The notes under the pieces were generated by a model. It ran no database searches and was not told where the DNA came from. It was given only the letters and a program-made list of their open reading frames with translations. The translations under genes and the position numbers were made by a program. From an uncultured Nitrospinota bacterium (GTDB taxonomy: Bacteria > Tectomicrobia > Entotheonellia > J063 > CAVPRW01), in the NCBI GenBank assembly GCA_963707985.1, contig CAVPRW010000008.1, forward strand, positions 96,001 to 160,000: a stretch of 64,000 bases of DNA. Direction: 5' to 3'. This document shows positions 12,446 through 22,223 of this stretch, in pieces; positions within the stretch are counted from its first letter, which is position 1, and every line of letters begins with the position of its first letter.

Positions 12446-12925
12446 TCAGCTCTCAAACGTGATGGAAACAATCTCATAAATGAGGATGCCTCTGGGGACG
12501 CGGACTTCAACCGAGTCCCCGGTCCGCTTGCCCACCAGAGCTCGGCCAACCGGTGATTGGATCGAAATCCAGCCTTTCTGAGGGATTGCCTCATCCGCGC
12601 CGACCAAGCGAAACGCTTTCTCCTCATCGGTATCAGCCTCGCGCACCTGTACAGTTGCGCCGAACACGACACGATCACCCCCCAGTGCTCCTGTATCGAT
12701 GATTTCGGCGTTGGCTAACTGTGTTTCCAGATGCCGAATTTTCGCCTCGGTGATGGCTTGTTTCTCCTTGGCACCGTGATACTCAGCGTTCTCCCGCAGG
12801 TCCCCCTCCTCGCGCGCCAGCCGCACCGCCTCGATTACCTGAGGCCGGACCACTGCCCTGAGATGTTTCAGCTCATTCACTAACGCCTCGTATCCCTGCC
12901 GTGTCATCGGGGCTTTCTCAGCCAT
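12446..12925 (-). CDS. greA: transcription elongation factor GreA
   Basis: AREEGDLRENAEYHGAKE, VVFGATV, ISIQSPVGRAL. Confidence 0.96.
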   Translation of the reverse strand: MAEKAPMTRQGYEALVNELKHLRAVVRPQVIEAVRLAREEGDLRENAEYHGAKEKQAITEAKIRHLETQLANAEIIDTGALGGDRVVFGATVQVREADTDEEKAFRLVGADEAIPQKGWISIQSPVGRALVGKRTGDSVEVRVPRGILIYEIVSITFES

Positions 12926-13266
12926 AGACCTCTTTCCCTCCACGCCATTTGGGCCATCTACATTCAGTCGCGACAACCCTCCGGTTCTCTCCAAGCTATT
13001 ACATATATAAAGCCTAGCATCAGAAGGCAAGTGGGAGGTAGGAAATTGTGTCCAGAAGATTGAATTTATTGCCACACCTTGCATGATCGCAAACGCCCGC
13101 CCACGCACCTACGAGGTCTGATGATGTGGCCTGCCGAATACCTACTGCCATGCCTCTAAGGGTTGACACACGACAAGGTGTAGGGCTAACATGGACGAGG
13201 TACATGGCAACCGCAGGCTGGGCGTTTCAGGCTCAGGGCCGCTCCAACCGGTCCAAGATGTGAGAG

Positions 13267-13560
13267 GTGAGCGTCATGGCTGCCGTAATCTGTGATTTCT
13301 ACGGGGTTGAAGAAGATAAGGTCACTATCGAGGTCGAGGAACGATTTCTCCAAGAACAGCAACAGTTCGATTTTGAAGGTGAGCGCTATATCATTCTATC
13401 GGTGGTGTGGACGAAGGAAGGCCCCAAGGCTAACGTAATGCCCTATTGGGAATATACCTCGTTGCACACGAAATCACGCCGGGGGTTGGTCATGCCGGTC
13501 GAGGCTAATGGCGAATCCCCGCTGGTGCGCGAGATCGATCGACGGCGGAGGACCTCATGA
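13267..13560 (+). CDS. hypothetical protein, translationally coupled to AOR
   Basis: 97-aa ORF with RBS; ATGA overlap with next gene. Confidence 0.6.
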   Translation: MSVMAAVICDFYGVEEDKVTIEVEERFLQEQQQFDFEGERYIILSVVWTKEGPKANVMPYWEYTSLHTKSRRGLVMPVEANGESPLVREIDRRRRTS

Positions 13561-15413
13561 ATGGTTACGGCGGACGTATCCTCACAGTTGACCTGTCGAC
13601 CGGATCGAGTCGCATTGACACCTTTGATGACCAGTTTGCACGCCTCTACCTGGGGGGCAACGGTATAGCGGTCCGCCTGTTATACGATCGGTTGCAGGCG
13701 GGGGTGGATGCTTTCGATCCTCGTAACTGCGTCGTGCTGGCGGTGGGGCCAGTGACCGATTCCAACATCCCGGGCAATAGTCGTCTGTGCGTCGCCAGCA
13801 AGTCACCACTCACCGGACTCTTCTTCGACTCCACCTTCGGCGGCCGATTTCCTTGCACGTTTAAGCGTACCGGTTTCGATGCGCTGGTGATCACTGGTCG
13901 TGCGCCCCAGCCAGTCTACCTCTTGCTGACCACCGATGGCATTCACATCAAACCAGCCGACGCTCTGTGGGGTACGTTGACCCAGGCATGCGTCGAGCGC
14001 TTACAAGCAATTGAGGGGGATGATGCAGACGTGACCTGCATCGGCCCTGCCGGAGAACATCGCGTCCGCTTCGCTGCCATGGCTCACTATTGGAAAAACC
14101 GCGGCGCTATCGCCGGCCGGGGTGGTATGGGTGCAGTGCTGGGTTCGAAAGGCGTGAAGGCCATCGTTGTCAGTGGCAACCGCAAGATGACCCTTGCCGA
14201 CCAGGCGGCGCTCAGCAGCCTCTATAAGTCGACATACAGCGGCATGCTCACCGGTACCAAGGCCCTCAGCACGTTCGGGACCGCAGTGTTGGTCAATCCC
14301 ATCAATACGATGGGCGCGCTGGGTACCAGGAATCTAGCCATGGAGGTATTCGAGCAGGCCGAGTCCATCAGCGGTGAACGCTTTAAGGATCTGTATTGGG
14401 AACGTGACACCACCTGCCTGAAATGCCCCGTGGCCTGTGGGAAAGATTTTAAGGTCGATGAGGGGGAGTTTGCCGGCACACGCTGGAAGATGCCAGAGTA
14501 CGAAAGCATCTTCGCCCTCGGATCGATGTTGGAAAATGCCAATGCCCCCTCCCTGATCAAAGCCAACGAGTTGTGCGATCAGCTCGGCATGGACACCATT
14601 TCCATGGGCGTCACCATCGCCTTTGCTATGGAGTGTGCAGCACGAGGCCTTTTGACCGCTCAGGACATCGGGCAAGAGCTGCACTGGGGAGACTATCATG
14701 CCATGCTGCACTTGGTGGACGCGACGGCCTATCGGCAGGGGTTTGGGGACCTCCTGGCTGAGGGCTCATGTCGTCTGGCCGATCGTTTGGGAAACGGTGC
14801 ACACCAATATCTGTATGCCGTGAAGGGATTGGAGTTGCCGGCGCACTCCGCCCGTGCCCTGAAGGGTATGAGCATCGGCTATGCCACCGCCACCCGTGGT
14901 GGTTCGCACCACGACACCCGGCCTACCATGCAATATCGCCCCGAGTTCGATCATTCGACGATCGATGGCAAGGCGGAATATGCCATGCGCAGCCAACATT
15001 ATACGGCGGTCGGGGATTCCTTGGTCCTCTGTCGGTTCACCGGCGAACGGGGTTTTGGGATGCTGCTAAACGAGTCCTTCGCCCAGATGGTCAACGGTGT
15101 GACCGGTTTTGGCATGACCACGGAAGACCTCGAGCGCGTGGGCGAGCGCATTATCAATCTGGAGCGGGCCTTCAATGTGCGCGAAGGGGTGCGGCGCAAG
15201 GATGACTTGCTACCCTATCGCGTCATGCATGAACCGATCCCCTTTGGCCCGTCGAAGGGGCGATACTGTCCCCCTGACGAGCTGGATCGCATGCTCGATG
15301 AGTTCTACACGCTGCGTCACTGGTCCCGTGATGGGGTCCCGACTCGGGAGCACCTCGTGGCCCTGGAGCTGCAGGACGTGGTCGAGACGATGGGGGCGAC
15401 TGGACAACTATAG
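13557..15413 (+). CDS. aldehyde:ferredoxin oxidoreductase family (W/Mo-pterin)
   Basis: SKSPLTG, IGPAGE, AGRGGMGAVLGSK, CLKCPVAC, PEYE, CDQLGMDTIS, ERAFNVREG. Confidence 0.93.
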   Translation: MNGYGGRILTVDLSTGSSRIDTFDDQFARLYLGGNGIAVRLLYDRLQAGVDAFDPRNCVVLAVGPVTDSNIPGNSRLCVASKSPLTGLFFDSTFGGRFPCTFKRTGFDALVITGRAPQPVYLLLTTDGIHIKPADALWGTLTQACVERLQAIEGDDADVTCIGPAGEHRVRFAAMAHYWKNRGAIAGRGGMGAVLGSKGVKAIVVSGNRKMTLADQAALSSLYKSTYSGMLTGTKALSTFGTAVLVNPINTMGALGTRNLAMEVFEQAESISGERFKDLYWERDTTCLKCPVACGKDFKVDEGEFAGTRWKMPEYESIFALGSMLENANAPSLIKANELCDQLGMDTISMGVTIAFAMECAARGLLTAQDIGQELHWGDYHAMLHLVDATAYRQGFGDLLAEGSCRLADRLGNGAHQYLYAVKGLELPAHSARALKGMSIGYATATRGGSHHDTRPTMQYRPEFDHSTIDGKAEYAMRSQHYTAVGDSLVLCRFTGERGFGMLLNESFAQMVNGVTGFGMTTEDLERVGERIINLERAFNVREGVRRKDDLLPYRVMHEPIPFGPSKGRYCPPDELDRMLDEFYTLRHWSRDGVPTREHLVALELQDVVETMGATGQL

Positions 15414-15428
15414 AGAGGGCCTTAGACG

Positions 15429-17108
15429 ATGCCGGTCATCACAGGGCGCCATGCCTTTTTAGAGGTATTGCATCAAGAGGGCGTTGAGTATATTTTCGGT
15501 AATCCCGGCACCACCGAGCTGCCACTGATGGATGCTCTGGTTGATCGACCAGATTTCAAATACATCCTGGCCCTACAAGAAGCTGCGGCGGTTGGCATGG
15601 CGGATGGTTATGCGCAGGCCTCGGGCAAGGTTGGAGTGCTCAATCTGCATGTCAGCCCAGGACTTGGCAACGCCCTTGGGGTGCTGTATGACAGTTGGCG
15701 GATGAAGACGCCGTTGCTCGTCACCGCTGGCCAGCAGGACCAGCGGTATCAGCTCTCCGAGCCGCTGTTGTGGTCAGAGCTGATCCCTCTGATCCGGATG
15801 TATGCCAAATGGACGTGGGAGCCGCGCAATATTAAGGATCTCGTCACTGCGACTCGCCGCGCACTCAAAGTTGCCATGACGCCGCCGACCGGAATAGTGT
15901 TTCTCTCCCTACCGATGGATGTCCTGTATGGCGAAGGGGAGACCGAGTTGTGGACGACGCCGTCGACTCCAACCCGACTGCGCGCCGATCGAACCGCCCT
16001 TGAGCAAGCTGCAACACTCTTACTCCAGGCTCAACACCCGATCATCGTGGTTGGAGATGATGTGGGGGCTTCCGATGCTCTTCTGGAAGCGGCGGCCCTC
16101 GCCGAGCTTCTAGGGGCACGTGTTTTCAGCGATACCTCCCCCGGTCGGACGGATTTCCCCTCTGATCATCCTCTCTACCAGGGCATCCTCGTGCGTTCAC
16201 AGCCAGCTGTACGCGCCATTTTGGAGCAAGCAGACCTGATGTTCGCCCTGGGCGCTGAGGTTTTTCCCTTCTCACTTCCTTCAGAGGTCGAGCCGGTGCC
16301 AGCACAGTTGACCATCGTGCACATGCATTCCGATCCCTGGGAGGTGGGCAAGACCTATCCAGCGAAGGTGGGGATCATCGGCGATCTCAAGGTCAGCCTC
16401 CCTGAGTTGACGCAGATCATCCGCGCCCAGCAGACTGCAACACAACGGCAAGAGGCTCGCATGCGTGCCGAGCATGCTGCTCAGGCCAAGCAAACCGCCT
16501 ATGAAAGCCTCAAAGCTCTGACAGCAGAAGTGTCCAATCGTCTGCCTATTCCAGCGGCAGTGTTGATGCAGACGATCGCCGAGGCTGTCCCAGCCGATAC
16601 CATTATCGTTGATGAATCGATCACCTCTGGTGCGACGTTGCGCGATTTTCTGGTGCGTACCACCGCTGACAGTTTTTATGGCATGCGTGGCGGCGGGCTC
16701 GGTTGGGGATTTCCCGCCACGGTGGGGGTGAAACTGGCCAAGCCAGACCGTCCAGTGTTGGGTATTATCGGCGACGGCAGCGCCCTCTACGCCAACCAGG
16801 CGTTGTGGACGGCTGCACACTATCAGATCCCGGTTGTGTGGCTCATCTGTAACAACGCACAGTATATGATTCTGAAGCGGCGCCTACACGCCTATGGAGG
16901 GGCGGCTGCGAAGACGGAGACTTACATCGGCTTGGATATGATGGATCCAGAAATTGATTTCCTGGCTTTGGCACGCGCCATGGGCGTCCATGGTGTCCGC
17001 GCCGAGGCCGCTGAAGCTGTCTCGAAAGCCTTGCGGGAAGCCCTATCACGTCAAGGGCCGACGCTAATCGATGTGCCCATTGAGCGCTCGATAAGGCCTG
17101 CCCTGTGA
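15429..17108 (+). CDS. TPP-dependent enzyme, benzoylformate decarboxylase-like
   Basis: IFGNPGTTELP, LALQEAAAVGMADGY, GGGLGWG, GDGSALY...NN. Confidence 0.88.
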   Translation: MPVITGRHAFLEVLHQEGVEYIFGNPGTTELPLMDALVDRPDFKYILALQEAAAVGMADGYAQASGKVGVLNLHVSPGLGNALGVLYDSWRMKTPLLVTAGQQDQRYQLSEPLLWSELIPLIRMYAKWTWEPRNIKDLVTATRRALKVAMTPPTGIVFLSLPMDVLYGEGETELWTTPSTPTRLRADRTALEQAATLLLQAQHPIIVVGDDVGASDALLEAAALAELLGARVFSDTSPGRTDFPSDHPLYQGILVRSQPAVRAILEQADLMFALGAEVFPFSLPSEVEPVPAQLTIVHMHSDPWEVGKTYPAKVGIIGDLKVSLPELTQIIRAQQTATQRQEARMRAEHAAQAKQTAYESLKALTAEVSNRLPIPAAVLMQTIAEAVPADTIIVDESITSGATLRDFLVRTTADSFYGMRGGGLGWGFPATVGVKLAKPDRPVLGIIGDGSALYANQALWTAAHYQIPVVWLICNNAQYMILKRRLHAYGGAAAKTETYIGLDMMDPEIDFLALARAMGVHGVRAEAAEAVSKALREALSRQGPTLIDVPIERSIRPAL

Positions 17109-17396
17109 GGCAAGGCGTGTGTGAACGGGTGGCTTGATCCCGTCGACCCGAATTTCGTCTGGGTGGGTCGGAGCCGAGTCCCCAAGGATAGCTTTGCATA
17201 TCCTCAGTGTCTCGCTCGATGCACAGACGCATTTCCGCAACCGTATACGGTCCCTAGAGGAGTGCCCCTCGATGCCGCCTCCGACATTTCGGACACCGGC
17301 TAGCCGCCCCTCATGGACATCGTTCCGTAGCGGTGCGATGCGTCCACAGGAAAACCGTCTGCACCGGAACGCTCTGCCCCCGCATGCAAACTATCA

Positions 17397-18143
17397 TTAG
17401 GTAGGGTATTGGGGCGTGCGGCGCCGCGGCGTGAGCAGCATAAAGGGATCGTCGATCTTCAATGGCTCAGTCGCAATGAACCCTTGTGCGTACTGCACCC
17501 CAATCGATACGCCACGAGCGCGGGCGACGGCAACGAGCGTATCAACAAAGTCATATCGCTCCGTCTCGGTGTTGTAGAACTGTGAGTGGTGGCATTTCAA
17601 CACTTCCACCCACTGATCGATGTATTCCGAGATGTCCACGACAAATGAGGGCGACATTTCTCGGGGATACAAATAGTAAAAAATGTTGGACACACTATGT
17701 GGCTCGCCCTCTAGCGGTAGAGCCCGGAGGTGGGCAAAATTTACGCCATGGCTCACCAAGTACCCAGCGGTTTGGTGGTCCGTATGTCCCACCCCCCGCC
17801 CCGGAGGGCCATCCCAATAAGGCGCCAGCACAATCCTCGGACGTTGCTGGCGGACGGCCCTCGCGATCTTCAGGCGGCTCTCAAAATCGTCCAGAACCCG
17901 ACAGTCCTGAAAATCCATCACTTCCACATGATCCAACCCCAAAACCTGGGCAGCAGCCGTCAACTCCTGTCGGCGAACCTCGGGTGTCCCACGACTCCCC
18001 ATTTCGCCAACAGTCAGGTACACGATACCGGTCCGATAGCCCCGGTCCTTCATTTTCAGCAGCAGTCCTCCGCAACCGATTTCCGCATCATCAGGGTGAG
18101 CACCGAAGGCCAGGATGTCAACGGTCATGCTGATCTCTCCCAC
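17397..18143 (-). CDS. PIG-L/LmbE family deacetylase (BshB1-like)
   Basis: AFGAHPDDAEIG, LTVGEMGSRG, HTDH, HHSQF. Confidence 0.85.
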   Translation of the reverse strand: MGEISMTVDILAFGAHPDDAEIGCGGLLLKMKDRGYRTGIVYLTVGEMGSRGTPEVRRQELTAAAQVLGLDHVEVMDFQDCRVLDDFESRLKIARAVRQQRPRIVLAPYWDGPPGRGVGHTDHQTAGYLVSHGVNFAHLRALPLEGEPHSVSNIFYYLYPREMSPSFVVDISEYIDQWVEVLKCHHSQFYNTETERYDFVDTLVAVARARGVSIGVQYAQGFIATEPLKIDDPFMLLTPRRRTPQYPT

Positions 18144-18269
18144 CTCACAGGTCTGCGCAGCTTATGGCTTTTCTGCAGTCGTCCACTGTTTGGAAACTAT
18201 TGTATCACACCTGATGGCTAACCTCAGGTGATTGGCTATTGTGCGATGTTTTGGCCCCTATGACAAGGG

Positions 18270-18458
18270 TTACAAGTACCCGAGCGGATACTCCTCCGCA
18301 GGGGTGGGTGAGGCCGCCAGAAACTCCCGGCATGACTGGCAGAGTCGATTGTGTGGACCTTCAGAGAGAAACATACGGTCACACCGGAGACAGTCGCGTC
18401 GTTTGGGCTTCATTGTTCTCCGTGATGGTTTCGAGTGGGCTCTGACAGCACGTGCCAT
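18270..18458 (-). CDS. small zinc-ribbon protein
   Basis: CLRC...SEGPHNRLCQSC (two CxxC); RBS GGAGG. Confidence 0.6.
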   Translation of the reverse strand: MARAVRAHSKPSRRTMKPKRRDCLRCDRMFLSEGPHNRLCQSCREFLAASPTPAEEYPLGYL

Positions 18459-18663
18459 CTTGTCCTCCCATCTGCAGGACTAGGATTCCTGCTCTTCAAT
18501 CTGCCAACGTCCTTCACGTTCATGCCGAGGTGAAGCATGTGACTACTCCTTCTCCACGCTCGATGAACAGGATGGACATCGTACACATCGCCGCACCTGC
18601 ATATGTTCAATCATGCGGTAAAGTTGGCCATGTTTAATGCGTTTCATTAGATGCGGTTCTCAT

Positions 18664-19176
18664 CTAAAAGTTCCTGGATCTGAGGCACAACTGCGTGCCT
18701 AAAAGCTGCGACGCCTCTACGGGCGTGAGTGCCGAAGCCTGATATCGCACCACCTTTAGACCGACGTTGCATCGAACGCGAGCTGCCAACTCGAAGGCCA
18801 GCTGCTCGCGTGCCGTGCCCGTCGCGCTTTGGTCGGACGCGTGTCCGCTGAGGGTTTTACACACGGTTTCGAAGACAAATCGCGATGGAACGGTGCCGAC
18901 AATGAACTCGACTGGGACTCCCTTTTTGAAAATTAGCATCGTCGGGACGGCCCGAATTTTGAAGCGTGCTGCGAGTTCGGGGTCAGCCGAAATGTTGACT
19001 TGGACAACCCGCAGTCGGCCAGCCAATGCCTCTGCTACTTGACCAAGCAATGGCTCCATCCGTCTCGACCATGGTGTCTGAAAATTCACCAATACGGGTA
19101 CCGATGAGTCAGTGACCTGGCGATCAAAACTCTCCGCGGTCACGTCTGGAACCTGCCCTTGCTGACGGATGTTCAC
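18664..19176 (-). CDS. thioredoxin-fold protein lacking the CxxC motif
   Basis: VPVLVNFQTPW...FKIRAVPTMLIFKKG thioredoxin signature; WCxxC replaced by WSRRM; GTG start with AGGAGG. Confidence 0.65.
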   Translation of the reverse strand: MNIRQQGQVPDVTAESFDRQVTDSSVPVLVNFQTPWSRRMEPLLGQVAEALAGRLRVVQVNISADPELAARFKIRAVPTMLIFKKGVPVEFIVGTVPSRFVFETVCKTLSGHASDQSATGTAREQLAFELAARVRCNVGLKVVRYQASALTPVEASQLLGTQLCLRSRNF

Positions 19177-19711
19177 GGGTTTCCCCTCCTGCTGTTCGTC
19201 ACCGATACTCCGCCGATGCCTCCGCGCTGCGTATACCTTCAACATTTTTGTTATGCAAAATTGTTGCCAATTATGAAACATCCATAGAATGGCAGATGCC
19301 GCCAACACGAATCCAGCTTTCACGCCTCGCCTGCAAGCCCGTCGATCGTTACACCTACTACGTTAGGCGACGGTCCGATGGATGTACCGTCAATTATTTG
19401 ACCATATGTCGCCACATGTCACCATCAGGATGTGACAATTGAGTCGCCACATGTGACACGATGGAAGACACCAACGTCGGATGGGTGTCTTGTCTTTCGC
19501 CTAGGGCAGCAGGCTCGTTCTACTCATAGAGATGCCTGCCGCCGGCAATTGATTCCTTGGAGTGCATGGCTGAGTGGCGAGAAATGGCTCATGGCTAGCG
19601 GTTCAGCCAGGCGTGGCGGGCAGTAGGGACGCCACCGCTCCGGAGGTGTGGTGTGGTTCTCCTGTGCAGGGCGGCGTCCGCTAGCAAGTGAAGTCGATGG
19701 TGGCGAAGGTG

Positions 19712-21067
19712 CTAAGACACGGGCTTGGTCTGAAGCGTCAACCCATCAAACACGATTCGGCGGTTGATACCACGTTGAAAGGCCAGGTACCCCGATTTCG
19801 TCATGCGGGGCTTCGTGTTGGACATGATATGCCGGGCAGTTGCCGCATCACCCCACAGGAGGTCCACTGCCGTCATGGCCAAGGCTTTTGCGGGTCCAAG
19901 GTACGCTAGCTTCGGGTCGGTGATCTGGAAGTCTGCTCCATGCCCCATACCGCTCGCTCCCCCCATATAGGGGTGTAACGTGGGCATGACATGGCTGATA
20001 TCGCCCATATCAGTCGACCCCGTGCGGTGCCCGATCGAGGTGAAGTTGGCCTCACCTACCAGCGCAACAGCATTCGCCTTGAAGACCTCGGCCATCTCCA
20101 TGTTATTGAAGAGTGGCAAATAGCCGGGGAGGGTCTCGATCTCGACTTGGGCGCCAAGCGCCAGCGCTCCGGCTTGCAGGGCACGGTCGACCTTGGTGTT
20201 GGCTTCCAGGATGGCCTCGACGGTCCTGCCGCGCACGTAGGTCTCGAGGCGCACGTCAGCAGGGATCACGTTCACCTGCATCCCGCCCTGGGTGATGATG
20301 GGATGGACGCGAATGGTATCATGTTCCCTGAAGGTCTCGCGCAGCGCATTAATCGCCGTCAGGGCGATATTGGCGGCGTATAAGGCATTGATCCCCATAT
20401 GCGGTGCGCCGCCAGCATGAGCCGCTTTACCGATGTAACGGATGGTTTTCACCACACAGCCATTATTGGAGACGCCCACGCCGGCCAGCTTGTCCTCGGG
20501 TCGGGGAGTGGTGTGAATCATCATCGCCAGGTCGACGTCATCGAAGTGGCCGAGTCGCAGTAGTTCGGGTTTCCCCCCCAGAAACTCCAGCGTGCCCTGA
20601 CGCGCCTGGTGTACGCGCCAGGCTACATCGCCGTACTCTTCAGCCGGAACGGCAAAGGCTACAATGCGGCCAGCCAGGTGTTGCAGGGCCGTGCTGTCCA
20701 GAAGCCCCATCACGGACCCCAGCAGACCGGCGATCTGGGCGTTGTGTCCACAGGCGTGAGCCGCACCCGTTTCAGGGTCTGCGAGCGGATGGTCACTGAC
20801 AACTAGCCCATCGAGCTCCCCCAGTAACGCGATAGTTGGCCCATCCTTGGCCGCGTTCATGGTCGCACGTACACCCGTGAGCGCCAGCCCTGTTTGCGGC
20901 GACAGCCCCAAAGCCTTGAGCGTTTGTTCAACCAGACGGGCGGTCCTGATTTCCTTGAACCCTAATTCAGGATGGTGGCGGATCGTTTCGCCAATCTTGA
21001 TGATCTGGTCGGCACGCCGATCAATGGCTTCACAGACCTGGCGTTTGACTTCTTCCTTGGTGGGCAT
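19712..21067 (-). CDS. M20 family amidohydrolase
   Basis: HPELGFKE, HACGHN, PAEE, GKAAHAG, GSTDMGDIS. Confidence 0.9.
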   Translation of the reverse strand: MPTKEEVKRQVCEAIDRRADQIIKIGETIRHHPELGFKEIRTARLVEQTLKALGLSPQTGLALTGVRATMNAAKDGPTIALLGELDGLVVSDHPLADPETGAAHACGHNAQIAGLLGSVMGLLDSTALQHLAGRIVAFAVPAEEYGDVAWRVHQARQGTLEFLGGKPELLRLGHFDDVDLAMMIHTTPRPEDKLAGVGVSNNGCVVKTIRYIGKAAHAGGAPHMGINALYAANIALTAINALRETFREHDTIRVHPIITQGGMQVNVIPADVRLETYVRGRTVEAILEANTKVDRALQAGALALGAQVEIETLPGYLPLFNNMEMAEVFKANAVALVGEANFTSIGHRTGSTDMGDISHVMPTLHPYMGGASGMGHGADFQITDPKLAYLGPAKALAMTAVDLLWGDAATARHIMSNTKPRMTKSGYLAFQRGINRRIVFDGLTLQTKPVS

Positions 21068-21156
21068 ACACACTCCTTTCTCTGTTGAACGACGATCACC
21101 CTCGCGGCAATTGGCTACTACTGCCTGGCATGGACGGACGACACACCGGAAAGCGT

Positions 21157-21684
21157 TTAGTTGAGGCGACCGCGCAGCTCCGCGAGGGCTTGCCGCGCCC
21201 CCTGATCGTCGGGCATAATCTTCACGGCTTGTTCAAACTCTTTAAGTGCTTTGAACCATTCTCCACGAGCCATGTAGATCCGGCCGCTGTTCAGATAGGG
21301 GAAGTGACGCGGCTGATAACGTGGTGCTTGCTTGGCCTTCTCCAACCAGGAGAGGGCCTCATCAAAGCGTTCTTTTTGCATTAGGTAAACCCCGATGTCA
21401 TTGTACGGATTGCCGAAATCAGGGTCGACCTCGATGGCACGATGGCATTCCTCGATGGCTTCGTCCAGCCGTTCCTGGAAACTGTATGCCCAGCCCAAGA
21501 AGGTGTGAGCTTCGGCGGTGGGATAGACTTCTATCGACTGCTTATACAGATTGATGGCCTGCTCGTATTGCTTTGCCATCTGCAGTTCGTATCCCTGTTG
21601 AACGAGCTCTTGGGCGCTGGTCAGGCGATCATCCGCAGAGTGCTCATCCTCGTCGAAACGATCGTCATCATACCTGTTGTCCAT
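21157..21684 (-). CDS. tetratricopeptide repeat protein
   Basis: AEAHTFLGWAYS, DPDFGNPYNDIG TPR repeats. Confidence 0.85.
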   Translation of the reverse strand: MDNRYDDDRFDEDEHSADDRLTSAQELVQQGYELQMAKQYEQAINLYKQSIEVYPTAEAHTFLGWAYSFQERLDEAIEECHRAIEVDPDFGNPYNDIGVYLMQKERFDEALSWLEKAKQAPRYQPRHFPYLNSGRIYMARGEWFKALKEFEQAVKIMPDDQGARQALAELRGRLN

Positions 21685-21722
21685 ACCCTTGCCCCTTGTT
21701 GCCTGGACTGGGTGCCTGTTGG

Positions 21723-22220
21723 TCACTTAAACTGCCACACCGGCCCCTGCGGGGGTTCTTGGGACAGTTTGAACAGTGGCAAGCTGAATTCGGGGGACAC
21801 GTCCAGGAATGTCACCTCAACGCGCTTGCCGATCGCGACATTCTCCTCTTTCTCGGCGGTGAAATCATCCATCACCAAATTCGAGATCAGGCGCAAGCCC
21901 TCGTCGACGGTGGGCTGTCCGCGTTGTTCGTCAAGCTCCACCAACACCACGGGATATGGTGCCCAGTCGCGGAATCCGGCCTGGATGGCCTGCATGACTA
22001 TCTCATAGCTATGAATTGTACCCTTCCCACTGACCTCATGCCAGGTCCACTCTAGAGATGTACACCAGGGACAGGCGGCGCCAGGAGGATAGCGCAGCAT
22101 GCCGCACTGACGACACTGCTTCATCACCAGGCGATGCTCACGGGCCGCTTCGAAATACCCCTTCCACTCGGTATCATTGTCGGGAACAATGAGGTTCATA
22201 CCACGATATTGTGCCTGCAT
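21723..22220 (-). CDS. DUF35 family Zn-ribbon/OB-fold protein
   Basis: CRQC...PP..CPWC, SGKGTIHSY, PYPVVLVELDE. Confidence 0.88.
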   Translation of the reverse strand: MQAQYRGMNLIVPDNDTEWKGYFEAAREHRLVMKQCRQCGMLRYPPGAACPWCTSLEWTWHEVSGKGTIHSYEIVMQAIQAGFRDWAPYPVVLVELDEQRGQPTVDEGLRLISNLVMDDFTAEKEENVAIGKRVEVTFLDVSPEFSLPLFKLSQEPPQGPVWQFK

Positions 22221-22223
22221 CGG

